Source: Sphaerodactylus townsendi
Lineage: Eukaryota
Direction: 5' to 3'
DNA length: 64,000 bases
Assembly: GCF_021028975.2 (NCBI RefSeq)
Contig: NC_059432.1
Coordinates: 54,188,001 to 54,252,000 of the forward strand
Made by a program: the position numbers and the translations under genes. Numbering within the stretch: the stretch's first letter is position 1; every line of letters starts with the position of its first letter. Shown here piece after piece: positions 38,105 to 51,609 of the stretch. The notes below the pieces were generated by a model. That model was not told the DNA's origin. It ran no database searches and was given only the letters and a program-made list of their open reading frames with translations.

Positions 38105-39083
38105 CTGCAGGATCAAATTGTTTTCAACATTATTAGTCAATTGCTACCACAGCATTTTAAGAAAACGGCTGTGTATTTTAGACAGCATGTCTGTACAAGG
38201 TTAAGGTGGTGCTCCACACACCAATGGCAAGGCAAACCTTCAAAAGCACTGTTGTGACAGATAATTGTTAGAAAACATCAAATAAAAACAAGGAATGGTT
38301 TGCTTGCTTTTTAAAAATAAAATGTGTCAATTTAAATGGCAATACAAATGAGTACTACCATCCTAAACATTCTGTACTGCAGAAAATCAAATTTTAATTC
38401 TGTAGAAGCCATACAATCACAGCAGAATACCAGCAAACTGCAGAGTTTCAAGGTTAAAAATATCTTCCTACAATCAATAATGTTAGTGATGAAATGGAAC
38501 CAAAATATGCCTTACTCTGTAACATATGACCATAAGAGTCTTTATGAGTTTTCCCACTGCAGTTCCAATGTATTTTACAAGATTTTAAAGCGTTAGGAGG
38601 CTGTGTTTCCTAAGATTAGTAGAGAGCATTAGAGAATTCTCTTTGTGGGCATTCTTTGCAGGGTTCTGTTGCTCTTGCCAATCATGGCAGGGTTCCCTTG
38701 AGCCATCTAGGCACTTCTTGATAAACCAAGATCGGATTGGATCATCACCGCTGTGACATAGCAGGAGAAAGAGTTGTTGAGGCATGAACACAACAGCACA
38801 ACCCTCAATAGATTTCAAGTCAATGGGCTTAGAAGGGGTCCCCCTGAATAGAGTGACCTTGTTAGTGGCTGGATAGAGTGGTTTGATGCACATCAACAAG
38901 CTATCACAGTACTTGGCAAGATGTCTGTGGAAAAGGATGATGTACAAGTGACATCCAAATTTCATACTCATGTGGATTCTGTGGTTTTCCTTATTATGTG
39001 CCTCATGTGTCACATCATTCTGCAATCAATAGCCCAGTAAAATTTCACCTTCTGATATTTAACAGCTGCAAATAAATCCTTAC

Positions 39084-39135
39084 CTGTGGAAATCACAAAA
39101 ATGCAAATTGAGTCAAACAACAGCAAGAGGTTCAT
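39084..39135 (-). CDS. VWA2: VWA2 first coding exon (signal peptide); the exon starts at 39146
   Basis: MNLLLLFDSICIFVIST. 52 nt coding. Strong polypyrimidine acceptor TTTCTCTTTTTCTCCCTCAG 11 nt upstream of the ATG, donor GTAAGG. Confidence 0.9.
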
Positions 39136-41294
39136 GCTTGACAGTACTGAGGGAGAAAAAGAGAAATATTACTGAAGAAGTCCTACATAAACATATTTTG
39201 GCAAATGAATTTAATTAGTCAGTTAATTAAAATGTGTTCTTTAACTTTCTACTCATAAAGCACTGTGAGCTGAAGAATTTATGTTTCTTATTAACATCAG
39301 TGTAATCAGAATTCAGGTTTTTCATTTAAGATCCAAGTAAAATTTTAGCGATGTTCCACTGAAACTCATACAATGGAATACATTCACATTCCTTTACTAC
39401 CATCTTAGAACTGCATTCTATACTGAGTGTTTCAGGTTTGAGTCACTGTAACCTTTTGCTTGGAATCTTGAGGAATGGTATATTTAAAGACTATGACTGT
39501 TGTCTACCAGCTGACAAGTTCCTGCTAATTGCTGTTCCATGAGCTACTGCCACTGCTACATGGGGCCATAATGGGTAGATATAGAGCTGCATCTCTATGC
39601 ATTATAGGAAATGTAGTTCCATCCTGGACTGCAAGCAGGTCTGAGCCTAGCTAGTATCTGGATGGCAGGCCACGTGTGACCTCAATGCACTGAGCTCATT
39701 GGAGAAAGGCAAAGATACAGATATAACAAATGATGAATCTCCAGGTAAGTTTATTTGGGCAGGCTACCTTCAGAGCTACAGCAATGAATGAGCAAACTAC
39801 GATTTTAAGCCAGAGCTTATGAGCATTTGCTACCATAACTCTTTCAGAAGTTATCAGGAAGGCCTGGAATCTTATCCTCTCAAACTGTACAACATGTAAG
39901 ACATCTTTGCCTTTTCATACACATGGCTTTTTAGAAAGCATAGTCCTCCTTATCCCAACCACAATTAAGTGTTTCCCCTGTCTCATTTCAGGCCAGAGGA
40001 TATGGGGTCTAGGAAAGTTTCAGTGTCACCATTTTACCCTTTATTAGGTGAGTACTGTACTTTCATTAGCGTAAACACATTCACAGTTTCTTATATTTCT
40101 GTAATATAGCAGTTAGAGTGATAATACTTACCTCTAAAGCATTCTCAGCCAGATCATTCTATGTTAAATCAAACCACTGGTCCATGAAAACACTTTATTA
40201 AAGAACCTTCTCAATATCTTTTGATACCTCCTCTACTCCAAGTAAATCTTGGGAAGTAGAGTTATTCCTCTTTGCAACTACTTGAAGCATACTTTCAAAA
40301 ATGCAAAAATCCTCAGCAAGACCTCAATTGTCAGATTTCCTGCTGTCAAGAAAAATTCATCATAGGAAATCATGATGCGATAGTACAAAGCATTGGGCGA
40401 TGAAGATATTTTCATGAACGTGTCTAATCTCAAGATATAACAAGATATAACAAGAATTGATTTATGGAATTTTTTTCAACTGGCTGTCCATCTTTGGTCT
40501 TGCAAAAGAAAGAAAAACAGAAAATAACTTACTGATCAATAAAAAGGTTGCACTTACCTATAACTGATGTTCATTGAGTGTCTTCTGCACAAGTACGAAT
40601 GGGACAGTGCAGGTGCAGGCTGGCCCTGTTGAACTAACTAGAAGGCTTCCAAAAGCTTTAGAGCTGAGAGAGGGCTGGTTTTCCATCCAGTCATGTGATG
40701 GAGGTAGGGAGAGCATTTCTTCCCCAGTTCTCCCTTTGCTGCCACGGAAGAGCAATAATGAGGCAAACAGCAGCCCACAGCCGGGAAAGGAAGGAAGGAT
40801 AGTGCCTCCACAGAAGACATGCGATGAACAAAAGTTACAGGTATGTGCAACTTTGCTTTCATTATTTTGTCTTCAGTGCGGTCCCACATAGGACAGTAGC
40901 AAGCGCACTTACCATGGAGGCAGGTGTGGGCTTGTCAGCACTGTAATGACTGTAAAACTGCTCTCTCCTGGAATCAACATCAATTGAGTAATAGTGGAGG
41001 AACGTGAACGTGATCAAGCTGGTTCCATTCAGATCGACCCTGGCAAGGAAAGCAGCTGAAGAGAGCTGAACCCTTGTGGAATGAGTCTTAACTTGAAGTG
41101 GACAGTCCACCTTAATATTACTGTATGCTATGCTAATTGCAGAAACAACTCATCTAGAAATGGTTTGTGAAGCAGCTTTGCTTTTTTATGAGCCTTAAAA
41201 CAAATAAATGTCAAAATGAACTTGTATTACTTAAATTTAAAAAATAGGTGCCTTTCTGACATCCAATGTGTGGAGTGATTGCTCAGGTGATAAC

Positions 41295-42313
41295 CAGGGG
41301 CGTAACGAGGCAGCCCTGGGCAAACTGTAGCCCTGGGCAAAACCTGAGTTGGATGCCCCCCCCATGGGCGGCCACTCCACCACGACCAATTTTTTTTGCA
41401 CCAGGACATTGGTGCCTGCAGGGGGTGCATTTTTAGACATATCAGCACCAAAATGCAGAAAACTCAATGCAGAACAAAGATTCTTGGGCAAATTTCTGGG
41501 ATGTTCCTGCAGGGGGCGCATTTTTGGATGTATCGGCACCAAAATTTTAGGGTATCATCTGGAATCTGTCCTTATGGTACCTCCAAAGTTTGGTGCAGTT
41601 TGGTTTAGGGGGTCCAAAGTTATGGACCCTCAAAGGGGGTGCCCCATCCCCCATTCTTTGCTAAGGAGATGGGGGCTACCCTTTGAGGGTCCATAACTTT
41701 GGACTCCCTGAACCAAACTGCACCAAACTTGGGGGGTGCCATCATCTCCAGAGGATACCCTGAAATTTCAGGATACCCTGAAACATCCAAAAATGCACCC
41801 CCTGCAGGAACATCCTAGAAATTTGCCCAAGAATCTTTGTTCTGCATTGAGTTTTCTGCATTGCTGTCAATGGGGGTTGCAGGCTGTGGGGGGCACATTT
41901 CTGAAGGCACAGTCTCAAAACTTTCAGGGTCTCATCATGAGACTGCCCTAATGATACCCCCCAAGTTTGGTGCAGTTTGGTTCAGGGGGGCCAAAGTTAT
42001 GGACCCTCAAAACTGTAGCCCCCATCTACTATTAGCTCCCATTGGAAACAATGGGGGATAGGGGCACCCCCTTTGGGAGTCCATAACTTTGGACTCCCTG
42101 AACCAAACCTCACCAAACTTGGGGGGTAGCATAAGGACAGTCTCCTGATGATACGCTGAAATTTTGGTGCCGCTAGCCTAAAAACTGCGCCCCCTGCAGG
42201 CCAAAAATGGAAAACCACTAAAATACCCAAAAACGAACCCAGCATTTTGATGCCCCCCACAAGGTGATGCCCTGGGCAGCTGCCCACCTTGCCCAATAGG
42301 CATTACGCCAGTG
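41295..42313. mobile_element. Non-autonomous hAT element with foldback internal repeats
   Basis: TIRs CAGGGGCGTAA / TTACGCCAGTG. 8-bp TSD GTGATAAC at 41287-41294 and 42314-42321. Confidence 0.88.
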
Positions 42314-42971
42314 GTGATAACTAAGGATTTTGGGGGGGAAATAGGTAATGTCCTGTGGCATATGAAACTGGGCTATCACTTTGGGCCTAAATTCCACACT
42401 ACGGCATAATACTACCTTATCAGGGAGGAACCTGGTGAAAGGGGAGTCAACCCATAGACTGGACAACTCTCGTACTTCCCTGACCAAGGAGGTAGTGATA
42501 GAAAAGCAAAGAGATAAAAAAGCCAATCAGATGTTGCCAGTAGCTTGAAGGATTTATGCATCATTTGTGATGAGAAGGTTTAAACCCAAGAGGAGGCTTG
42601 CCACACCTCTCAAAAATCTCTTCAAGTCAGGGGCTGAGAACACAGTGTGAAAACCAGCAGGAACATGGTATGCAGAGATAGCAGCCAGGTATACTTTGAC
42701 AGAACTAGTGGCTAGTCAATTTTCTTTAAACCATAATAAATGGAATATGTCAGGTCAAGATGTAGACTTTTGGAAGCATAAGACCTATGTTTGTGTGATG
42801 TTATTAGAACCTGTGACATTTTATCTAGGGCCAGACCTAAGATTGGACTAGCCATGCTATTAAGTGTAGAGAAGAGCAATGTGATTGAATAGGAACGCTA
42901 TCATGAGAAGGCCGATTTCCATTGGAAGGACCCTGATGTTTCCCGGAGACAGCTTCAACAGAGTGGAAAAC

Positions 42972-43141
42972 CAGAGGTGTAGCTCCAAGGAGACGGGGGG
43001 GGGGGGTTGCATGACACACTGGGCGCGCGCCCCTGTGGAGGTGTGGCGAGGACGTTCCGGGGGCATGGCGGGGGTCGTTCCAGGGTGGGGGCAGAGGACG
43101 CACCAGTGCACTGGGCACTTTCCCTCCTTGCTACGCCTCTG
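42972..43141. mobile_element. hAT MITE (170 bp)
   Basis: TIRs CAGAGGTGTAGC / GCTACGCCTCTG. 8-bp TSD TGGAAAAC. Confidence 0.88.
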
Positions 43142-45247
43142 TGGAAAACCAAAACCTCTTCAGTCAATAGGGGACTATGGAATCTCTGTTGACTAATCTT
43201 AGAATATCTTTGCAATTGCTGGTGGATCAGAGAGAAGGGAGGGAAGGCATACAAGAGGCAATGAGACCAACACAGTTGGAAGGCATCCCTCAACTTTTTT
43301 CTACATGCACAGCTTCCACAGATTTTCCCACTAGTCAGAACTTGTGTCTTGGACTTTTTTTCTGTGAAATCATCCCACACACCATGTGCCACATGAAATA
43401 TTTGAGATCCTACTTTGATGCACATTTTAAAGACATATTAAATCCTTATTGAGACAAATACAATGCCAAAGCAAATTATTCTAAAAATTCCTATATAGTT
43501 TACATAAGTTGCCATTTATCTGCTGAGGATGTTTTAAATGATGCCACTTTAACTGCTGCTTATTTCTCAACTAATTGCACAGCAAAGCTGCAACATACAG
43601 AGACTTGGTCCAAATTTAGAATGTTGCTACTGCAAGGGAGGGAGGTCACTGATTTTCTTCCCACTGCAGATCCCCCATCCCTATCATCTTGAGCCTGGTA
43701 ATCTCTTGGAGATACTGCCAGCTACATCAAGGAAGGTAGCCCCCCACCCCAAGTCTATAATAGGTTATGCTAGACAAGGCATTACAGCTCCATGAATGGC
43801 GATCCAATTACATTAAACGTGTTGAAATAATCTGTTGCAAGAAACAAGTTGGACGGGGACTGCAATTACGAGGACGGAGTTCTTTAGTGTATCAGGGAAA
43901 CCGCTTCTGTAATTCTCAGCAAAGCAGATGAGTGCAAGTAAGTCTGTCTACATATGGCAACAGCTGAACTATTCATTTTATTTCGTCTCTCAAGTATACA
44001 TGTATGTTTCCAGGAAGCTGACACGGTTCCAAACATACGTAGACAAAGAGGCGGCTATCTCTTAGTCCTGCAGCACTGAATGAAGACTGTTTTCAAGCAA
44101 TCCTGCAAGTGCAAATAAATCCCTTGATGATTTTTACACACTGCACTTGCTTTCTTTCAGAAATTGCACAAGAAAGTAACTAAGGAATTGTAATCATTGA
44201 CAGTTTATTCAGTACTGAAAAATACTAGTTAATGAAATGTGGCAATGCAATGGAATATACCATTAATATGTGTGTGTGTGCTTTGAGATCCCCCAAGGCT
44301 ACAGAAGCATGGGGGTGGAAGGGACAAGTCATTAATTCAGTGTCAGATATCCAGCAGACTGAAAATTACAACACACAACATCTCCCATTATTTATTCCAA
44401 AAGTTAACATTTTCTGGAATTGCTGTTTTCATTACTGTGAAATTCAGAAACACTAGACATCTTTATTTCAAAAAGTCATTCTGTGCTCCAAAATGGTCCA
44501 TATCCAAATGAATTAAAATGCAAAATACCACAATTCAAATATGAAACCCTGATAGAAAATGTGTTTTCTAACCCCAAAGAAAGCTCTTTGGTAATTTAAA
44601 AAAACCCTCTTGTTCCCAGGTTTGCTTATTTAAAAGTTATATCCAAGCTATTTCCTCACTTGTATAGCACAAAGTTGCAAAGACTCAAACATAACAGTGC
44701 ATTAACATGATTTAAAAACTGCAGATTAAAAACACCCAAACAGAGCGCCAAATCTGCAGAAATAGTCTTTTTAAATGCAGTGACCGAAAGCACCTACCTC
44801 ACCCACCCTGGAAGACCATTTTACCACAAAGTTGATGACCCAAAGTGCTGCGGCATAGTCTTAAGAGGGGCACCATAAGGAGAACAGTCTGAAGAATATA
44901 GTTGGTGCACAGAAACACACTAGAAGATTGTTAATCCTGAACATAAAATGGGTTTTGAAATTTTATCTTTGGCATAAAGCCCTGCCCGCTGTATTTCTAG
45001 CAAAAATTACAGCTCCTACGAACTGTACAATATACAGCAGAGATCCTCTGCTTGGTGATAAAAATGCAGTAAACCAAAACACACAGTGAAGTTGCTCTGA
45101 TCTTGCAGTCAGCTATTAGCCAGACCTGCTGTTTCTAGTTTTCTTCAGGCTCTTCTCTCGCTCACAACACTTTTCCTGCTTTGAAACAAGTCATGCTGCT
45201 GCTTTGGCTTAAGAGAGAAAATTACAAGTGAAGCATTTGTGACTTAC

Positions 45248-45660
45248 CAAGTCCAATTCTTTTGAAGATCCCCAGACTCTTGCTAGCTAAATGGTCGAAA
45301 GCAAGTGATATGTAGAACGATGTTTCCAGGAGGAGGAGAAGGAAGAGAGAGTGAGGGAAAGCAGGAAGGCAGTGGCAATAGTTTCCTTCTGCTCCCTTTG
45401 CCTATCCCATTTTCTTTCTAAGTCACAAAAGGAGCGGTAGCATAGACAACTCCTAAACTGCCGGGTTTCCCCAGAACAGAGCCGGTGAGGAACATTGCCT
45501 CCTCCCATGAGGCATTCGGTTAGTTGCCCCCATAACTTTTAACCCTTCTCATCACAGGGTTGCAACCAATCCCGAATCTGGATAGTGAAGCTTAGCCCCC
45601 ACAAATAAATCACTTCCCAAACTAAGCAGCGCTTCACCTCCTCCTTAATATAAACATCTG
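45248..45660 (-). promoter_or_regulatory. Candidate VWA2 promoter and non-coding first exon
   Basis: Consensus donor TTG|GTAAGT at 45248. Non-repeat sequence with retained CpGs, and a TATA-like TTTATATTAA on the minus strand near 45650. The ATG exon has an acceptor, so an upstream exon is expected. Confidence 0.3.
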
Positions 45661-46899
45661 AGAAGGTGCCAGAGAAGTTGGTACCTTGCCCATCAAAACG
45701 ATTTGATCCTCCCAGCCGGCCTTCTCTATCTGCAAGACAGAACTTAAACTACTATTTGGAAATGCAAACAATTCCAATTAAATTCAGGAGACCCTCCCAA
45801 GCAGGAAGGGAGCTTTTCAGCTCAGAGGTATGTACCTTTAAAGTGTGGAATGCAAGAGTGGAATGTCAACAAGCAATTACACACTGGGGTCAGAGGGAAG
45901 GGCAAAGGAGGCTGCTTTTGTGACAAAACCATCCTTCTCTCACTATTCAGCAAGGTATTTAGGTATTTCTCCCCAAAAAAAGTTTATACCTTTAAGTTTG
46001 CCTTTGTTTAACAGACCTCATTTATCACCTGTGCCCATATAGAGCTTGTTGCTGATAGTCTTGGATGTAACTGATGCATTGTTTCATAGAACACATTTTA
46101 AGCACTGATCAGAGCTGTCACAACTACACCACTGTTATAGCTCTGCACAGTGTGAATATCACACACTTGTTGCTGAATTGTGTATTTTGGTTTTGTTGTT
46201 CTGGTCGTTGACCGTAAATAAATGATTTGGATTTGGAATATCACACACGTAACTAACTAGGACAAAACCTAAAGACTTATTTGATCATTCATATTTGCTG
46301 CTGACCATTACCACTCGGATCACAGAAATAATGACTTCTGCACACCTCGTATAGCTATTCCTTCCCATCCTTACTTTCACATTGTCTGTTGCCATTTTCA
46401 ACTAGCCCCCCCCCCGCCCCCCACTTCTCTATATGAATGAGAAAGCCCCAAGGTACAGTACAATGCACTTGCTGCGTTAAGAGAGTCAACAGCGGCTAGT
46501 AAAGCTTCCCAGCTCCTAATAGCCTCATCTATTGGTATCCGTAACTTAACACACAGAATAGGAATGCAAATCCTATTTCAGGAAGCTTTGTTTTTTGTGC
46601 ACTCCCACATGCTTAGCCTGTGCACAAAGTGCTGATCACCATCATACCACTTTCCACAGGAACTCTTTCAACCTATTTCTATTTAATAAGACTGTTGTAC
46701 CACTACAGGACGACAGATCTAAAGCCATTTTGCTATTGCTGATCTAAACTGTTTACCATGTATTCTGGCATACTGATGTCCAGGGTGGCTATTTGTTTCA
46801 GTGACAAGAACACTACGTGTTATTTCTTTGTCAATGGTGAAAAACAGACAGACCCTGCAATGTGTTTGGGCTTGCTTAGTGGCTGCTTATTCCTCTCGT

Positions 46900-48400
46900 T
46901 TTAATTTTTTTTATACCACATCAGCAAAAAGCGGGTAGACACCATACTAGCCACCATACATAGAAAAATAAAAACAGATATGACATACAAAGCATCAACC
47001 TCTATCTCGCGAAAAATAACCATTAACCCCTGCAGTGACATTTAATAAAGAAAACACGGATAAAAAACAACAACAACCCTCTAACTGGTTCCCATTCTAC
47101 CCTCACTTTATGTATAATCTTTCTAACCAAACCCGTATTAGATTCTATGCCAGCTTGTTATTATTGTTCCCACCTTTTTAGTTCTAATATCAACTTATTT
47201 GTACATAACCAATATAGATCAAGCAAAATATATAATCCTTCACTTTTAACTTTCTGTATTTCATCCCTCATTCTACCTGTTGCATGCCCGTTATGTACAA
47301 CCACTTTCAAATTATAATTACTTTATCCTCTTTAATTTAAACTCATCTTAAATGTAAAATATCTATCTTTCCCTGACCCCCTAGCGTTATATTACTCTCT
47401 ATTAAAAAGAACTATAAAAAAGGCAATAGAAAGCCCATTCAGATTATCTGAAGATCTTTTTTGTTCTTATTGAAGAACTTTCTCACATCTTGAATATCTC
47501 TGATATTCTGCTAGGCTCCATTGAAGGTAAAGCCCAACCCTTCGATCAACATCCATCTAAATTGAGTTTTCCTCTTTTTCAAAGCATTTGTAAGGAATTT
47601 ATACTTCCTTACGTTCCAGCTACATTTCATGTGGTAGTTTTTTCATGATGATTAGGTCGCAACCTTGAAACTTCATTTTTCTTGGTAACACATACAAACG
47701 ATCTCTTCTTTATATAATCTTCGTGTCCTGTACAATGACACAGTCCTGTGGGAGATTCTTATTCTTAGGTACTAAAGATCATACACAAGAAATTTTATCC
47801 ACCATAGACTAATACTGCAACAGAAAGAGATCTGAACTTTGGAAGAAAATCTTTTCTAAGGTTTCTTTCCTCCTTTTCTGGCATTGCATATTCTGACTGC
47901 ACATTCCTTTTGCTTTAAATCCAACCAAGTAATTTCTCCACTTTACGATCTGAAATCGTTTTAGTCAGCAGCTAGCCCTTTAATTTCCATTTTTATTTCA
48001 GATATTTCTCCCATCATCTTGTCCTTCATAACTGACATATTTGGCATGAAAGCAACTTCTATTTTTGTATAAGGTCCTCCTCAGATATAGTGTGCCTCTT
48101 CTTTTCTGCCACCTTCACTCTTGCCACTAGATGTCCTTCTTGCCTCACCAAATATCCTTCTTAATCCACTCAGTTTTATTAAATCCAATTTCTGTGCAAC
48201 CCTATGTCCAAAAATCAGTCAGTAGGATAAACTTTCTTTTTAAAGATGAGTTGTAGTTACATTCGTTTCTCCTCCAGATATTAACTACTTTCTCATCATC
48301 TCTTTCAGGAAAACAATTTTAGGAGTTTTCCAGTTTCACACTATAATTTTCGATTAAAAAATGGCAATCTATGACATTCATTTAGCCAGCATACAGATAG
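46900..48400 (-). mobile_element. Probable old L1-like 5'/ORF1 remnant
   Basis: Strong A-rich skew on the minus strand with fragmentary ORF1-like peptides. Family and boundaries uncertain. Confidence 0.4.
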
Positions 48401-50862
48401 TACTTCTCTTTCAGAAGATCCAAAGCACTTGCTGGTTAAAAACACAAGGTGAATTGCAAAATAACCCTTTTATTTTTCTTTCAATCCATCATGATTCACA
48501 GGTAATACTGCATCACTGAGGTTTTTGACAGCTGGTGCTGCCTCCTTCTGTTAAGAAGACATGAAACAGGCTCCAGTAGAAGTAGATGGGGCTGCTGGCA
48601 AATTTCCAGTGCCCTCACTCATCCTTCTACGCACCTTGATGCAGCAAAAGCATTTCCTTTTCCAACTCATATATTCTACAAAGCTGGTCTCACCCCAGGG
48701 TCACATTTCAGGCAAAATAAATCAAGGGGGGGGGTCTCTCCTCTTGGGAGAGATGACACCATTAGCAATAACTAGAACCCTTTATTTAATCTCTTCTTCT
48801 CTACTGTCTCTGTCATGTTCATTTGAAGGGGTGGACTCTGCTATTAAAACTTGCCACTTGCAATATGCTAAGCTTGGTAACTAATGCATAGCAGAAAGCA
48901 TATTATATTTACTTTAGATTTCATCCAGGCCCAGTTTCTTCCTCACTAGAGGTGATAAATTTGCACAGAAAGCCAATATTAACACCAGTAACACTAGGTT
49001 GCAAACTGTCATTGTATTCTTTTTTGTGCTCGTTTGAAACTCTATATAGGAGTCTAAATTTCTCCTATCTATTGGATTACAATGTCTTTTAGTCTGATCT
49101 ATTAAAAACCTTTTCCTTTATGCTGACAAACATGCTAACTATGCATTGGACAAAGTGGTCTCTAGTCTCTGGGCTTTTATGCATCTATCTCCTTTGCATG
49201 GAGCATGTATTCCCTTCGGGTTTGATTCATGGTTATTCATTTATTTCCCCTTCTTTAGCAGTCACCTCACCTTCAGATCAGAGAATCCTTGCAGTTTCTG
49301 AAAGCTCTGAAAGTGCGACTTTTCCTCTTCCTTCTCAGGGGAAGTTAAGGAGATCAGCATGTGTTTAGCTTTCTTCAGGTTTTCTCTCCAGTCACCGTGC
49401 TGCAAAATGGGAACTGGCCAATAAGCACACTGTCAGGCCAACTGTGACATTAAGAATATGTAGCAGCTGAAGAGGATTGGGAGGAATTATGTCAGGGAAA
49501 AGGAAAAAAGGGAGGAAGATGGGTCATCTGGCTGAGGGCACAAGAGGAGCCGTGCTTGGTTTGCATGAGTATCCACTGCACCTCCCCCTTACCTCTCTGT
49601 TTTTGCAAGGATCAGAAGGGCTTAAAGAAATTTACACTGAAGGTGAAATTGATAATAAATTTAAATGGCCTAGCAAACTAACACTAGACAAGACTTCAAA
49701 AAAAGCGGGGGGGGGGGGGGGCAGCAAGCAGCTCCTCCAATGGAAGCTGCACAGAAACAACAAGGGGCACATGGGCAAAATGGTGAATGGGCTTGGCCAG
49801 GGATACTTTGCAGGAAGAAAATCCCTGTGCAGACAAAAGACATGAGAAAACCCCATTGCAAAGCAAAAACTCATGGGGTATTTAGGACATGCATAAATGG
49901 CCGATGAAAGCTCGTATCACAATAAATCTTCTCTAGCCAACAAGTCTAAATTTGTGCTTCAGTGGCATTTTAGCAGCTAGCATGGTAATCTTATCCTTTG
50001 GATCTCTAGTTTATCAATTGAGAAATATACCTCTATTAATTTTGTTTCAAGTCTAGTATTTATTAACATCTGCATAATATTCACACAAGCGCTGTATCCA
50101 AGTGCAAAATTCTAGTTGTGACCACAGAATAGGTGTAAACTATTTCAACAATAAAACTTATAAAGCAGATTTAAGAGTAAATCAAATCAGGTTTAATTTG
50201 CAGTTCCCCAAAAAGGCAATTTTGCAGAAAATTATTGTTTTATTAGCTTTGGTGATCAAATTAAAGTACTGCTTTCAATGACCTACCGCTATACAGAAAA
50301 AAAGTTTTCCAAATTCCAAATTAGACAGATACACTACAGGACTTAAATACAGAATCTGAAATAAAATCTTTATGGCCTTCATGAATTAGAAACCAACAAA
50401 CAGAAACAGCAGCTTTGCATTAACTACTATTTTGGAACAGTACAGAATACAATGCTTTGTATTCTCTCAATTTTACTCAGCATATGAACACTGACACAGC
50501 TGATTTTGTAATAAACTGTTGGAAGGATACAATAAGAAATGAGGAAAAATCACCTACATTGACAGATAGTAAAAATCAAGAAGTCATCATGTTTGTATAG
50601 TTCTTCTTTTGTGGAAACTAAAACGTTAAACACTCCAATTGAATAACAGCCTTAAATATTCTATTGAAGTCAATGATAAACTGCTTATATTTCAGTGGCT
50701 CTGGTATGTCTGACATTTATTTGGAGGCTGACTTTAATGGCCATAAACAAACTAAAGTTCGTTCACTGTAAGAAAAAAACCCTATTTTGTTTAGCTGGCT
50801 AGACATTTCCTTCCCATAACCTTCATGCATCAAATGCTGATAGATGAGTTTATGTATTGGGG

Positions 50863-51035
50863 CAGGGGTCTGCAACCTGCGGCTCTCCAGATGTTCATGG
50901 ACTACAATTCCCATCAGCCCCTGCCACCATGGCCAATTGGTCTACAATTCCCATCAGCCCCTGCCACCATGGCCAATTGGCTGATGGGAATTGTAGGCCA
51001 TGAACATCTGGAGAGCTGCAGGTTGCAGACCTCTG
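50863..51035. mobile_element. URR1-like hAT MITE, internally rearranged
   Basis: TIRs CAGGGGTCTGCAACC / GGTTGCAGACCTCTG. 39-bp duplication at 50902-50940 and 50942-50980. Confidence 0.88.
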
Positions 51036-51609
51036 CGTTAGGGAAACTGACGAAATCAGTTTGTGGTGACATCTAAGTAGAACACTTCAACAAAACAAAG
51101 TTTTCTGGTTCACCTACCAGCACACTGACGAAGATAAGATATTATTTCTTTTGGTAAATCAGAACCCAACTTGAACAGAACTGATTGCAACATTCTAAAA
51201 TATTTTAATTATTTTATTTTAAACATTTTTATTATATGCCAATAATAAAGACTTTGTTGTTGTTAGCTCAACAACTGGGACTGAACTCAAGCATTAAATC
51301 GTAGTTCAAAATTACTTTTCACGGGCCAGAAAACCTGAATTTGTTGAACTGTCTGAATCCAGAACTCACAAAATCTGGTTAGCTCCAAGCCCCCTTCAAC
51401 CAAGTAATCTTCAGTATCAGCACTGCCAAAACAGAGTGGAGTGCATAAGTCTGAAAATAAACCATGTATGAATAAAATCAAGTGTATTCATAACAATTAA
51501 AAAATGCCTTATTGACTGCAATGATTATTCTGAAATGGCTTAAGCCAGTGATACTCTGTGATACTATGAATACTAAGTAGTCTATAATGCCATGCTTTGC
51601 AGCAGAGTT

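Larger units (their letters stand above)
41245..43430 (-). mobile_element. Degenerate DIRS1-type tyrosine-recombinase retrotransposon, split by two hAT insertions
   Basis: DAFQLCW..LLYAFPP (MT-like domain), VKVYLAAISAYH (integrase N-terminus), VRELSSL..PDKVVL..FRPKV..FH and LHTLDVRKA (tyrosine recombinase). Confidence 0.8.

Noticed and set aside
38585-39025. 146-aa minus-strand ORF in a VWA2 intron
   Set aside because: No recognisable domain or fitting splice sites, and the VWA2 frame is complete without it.
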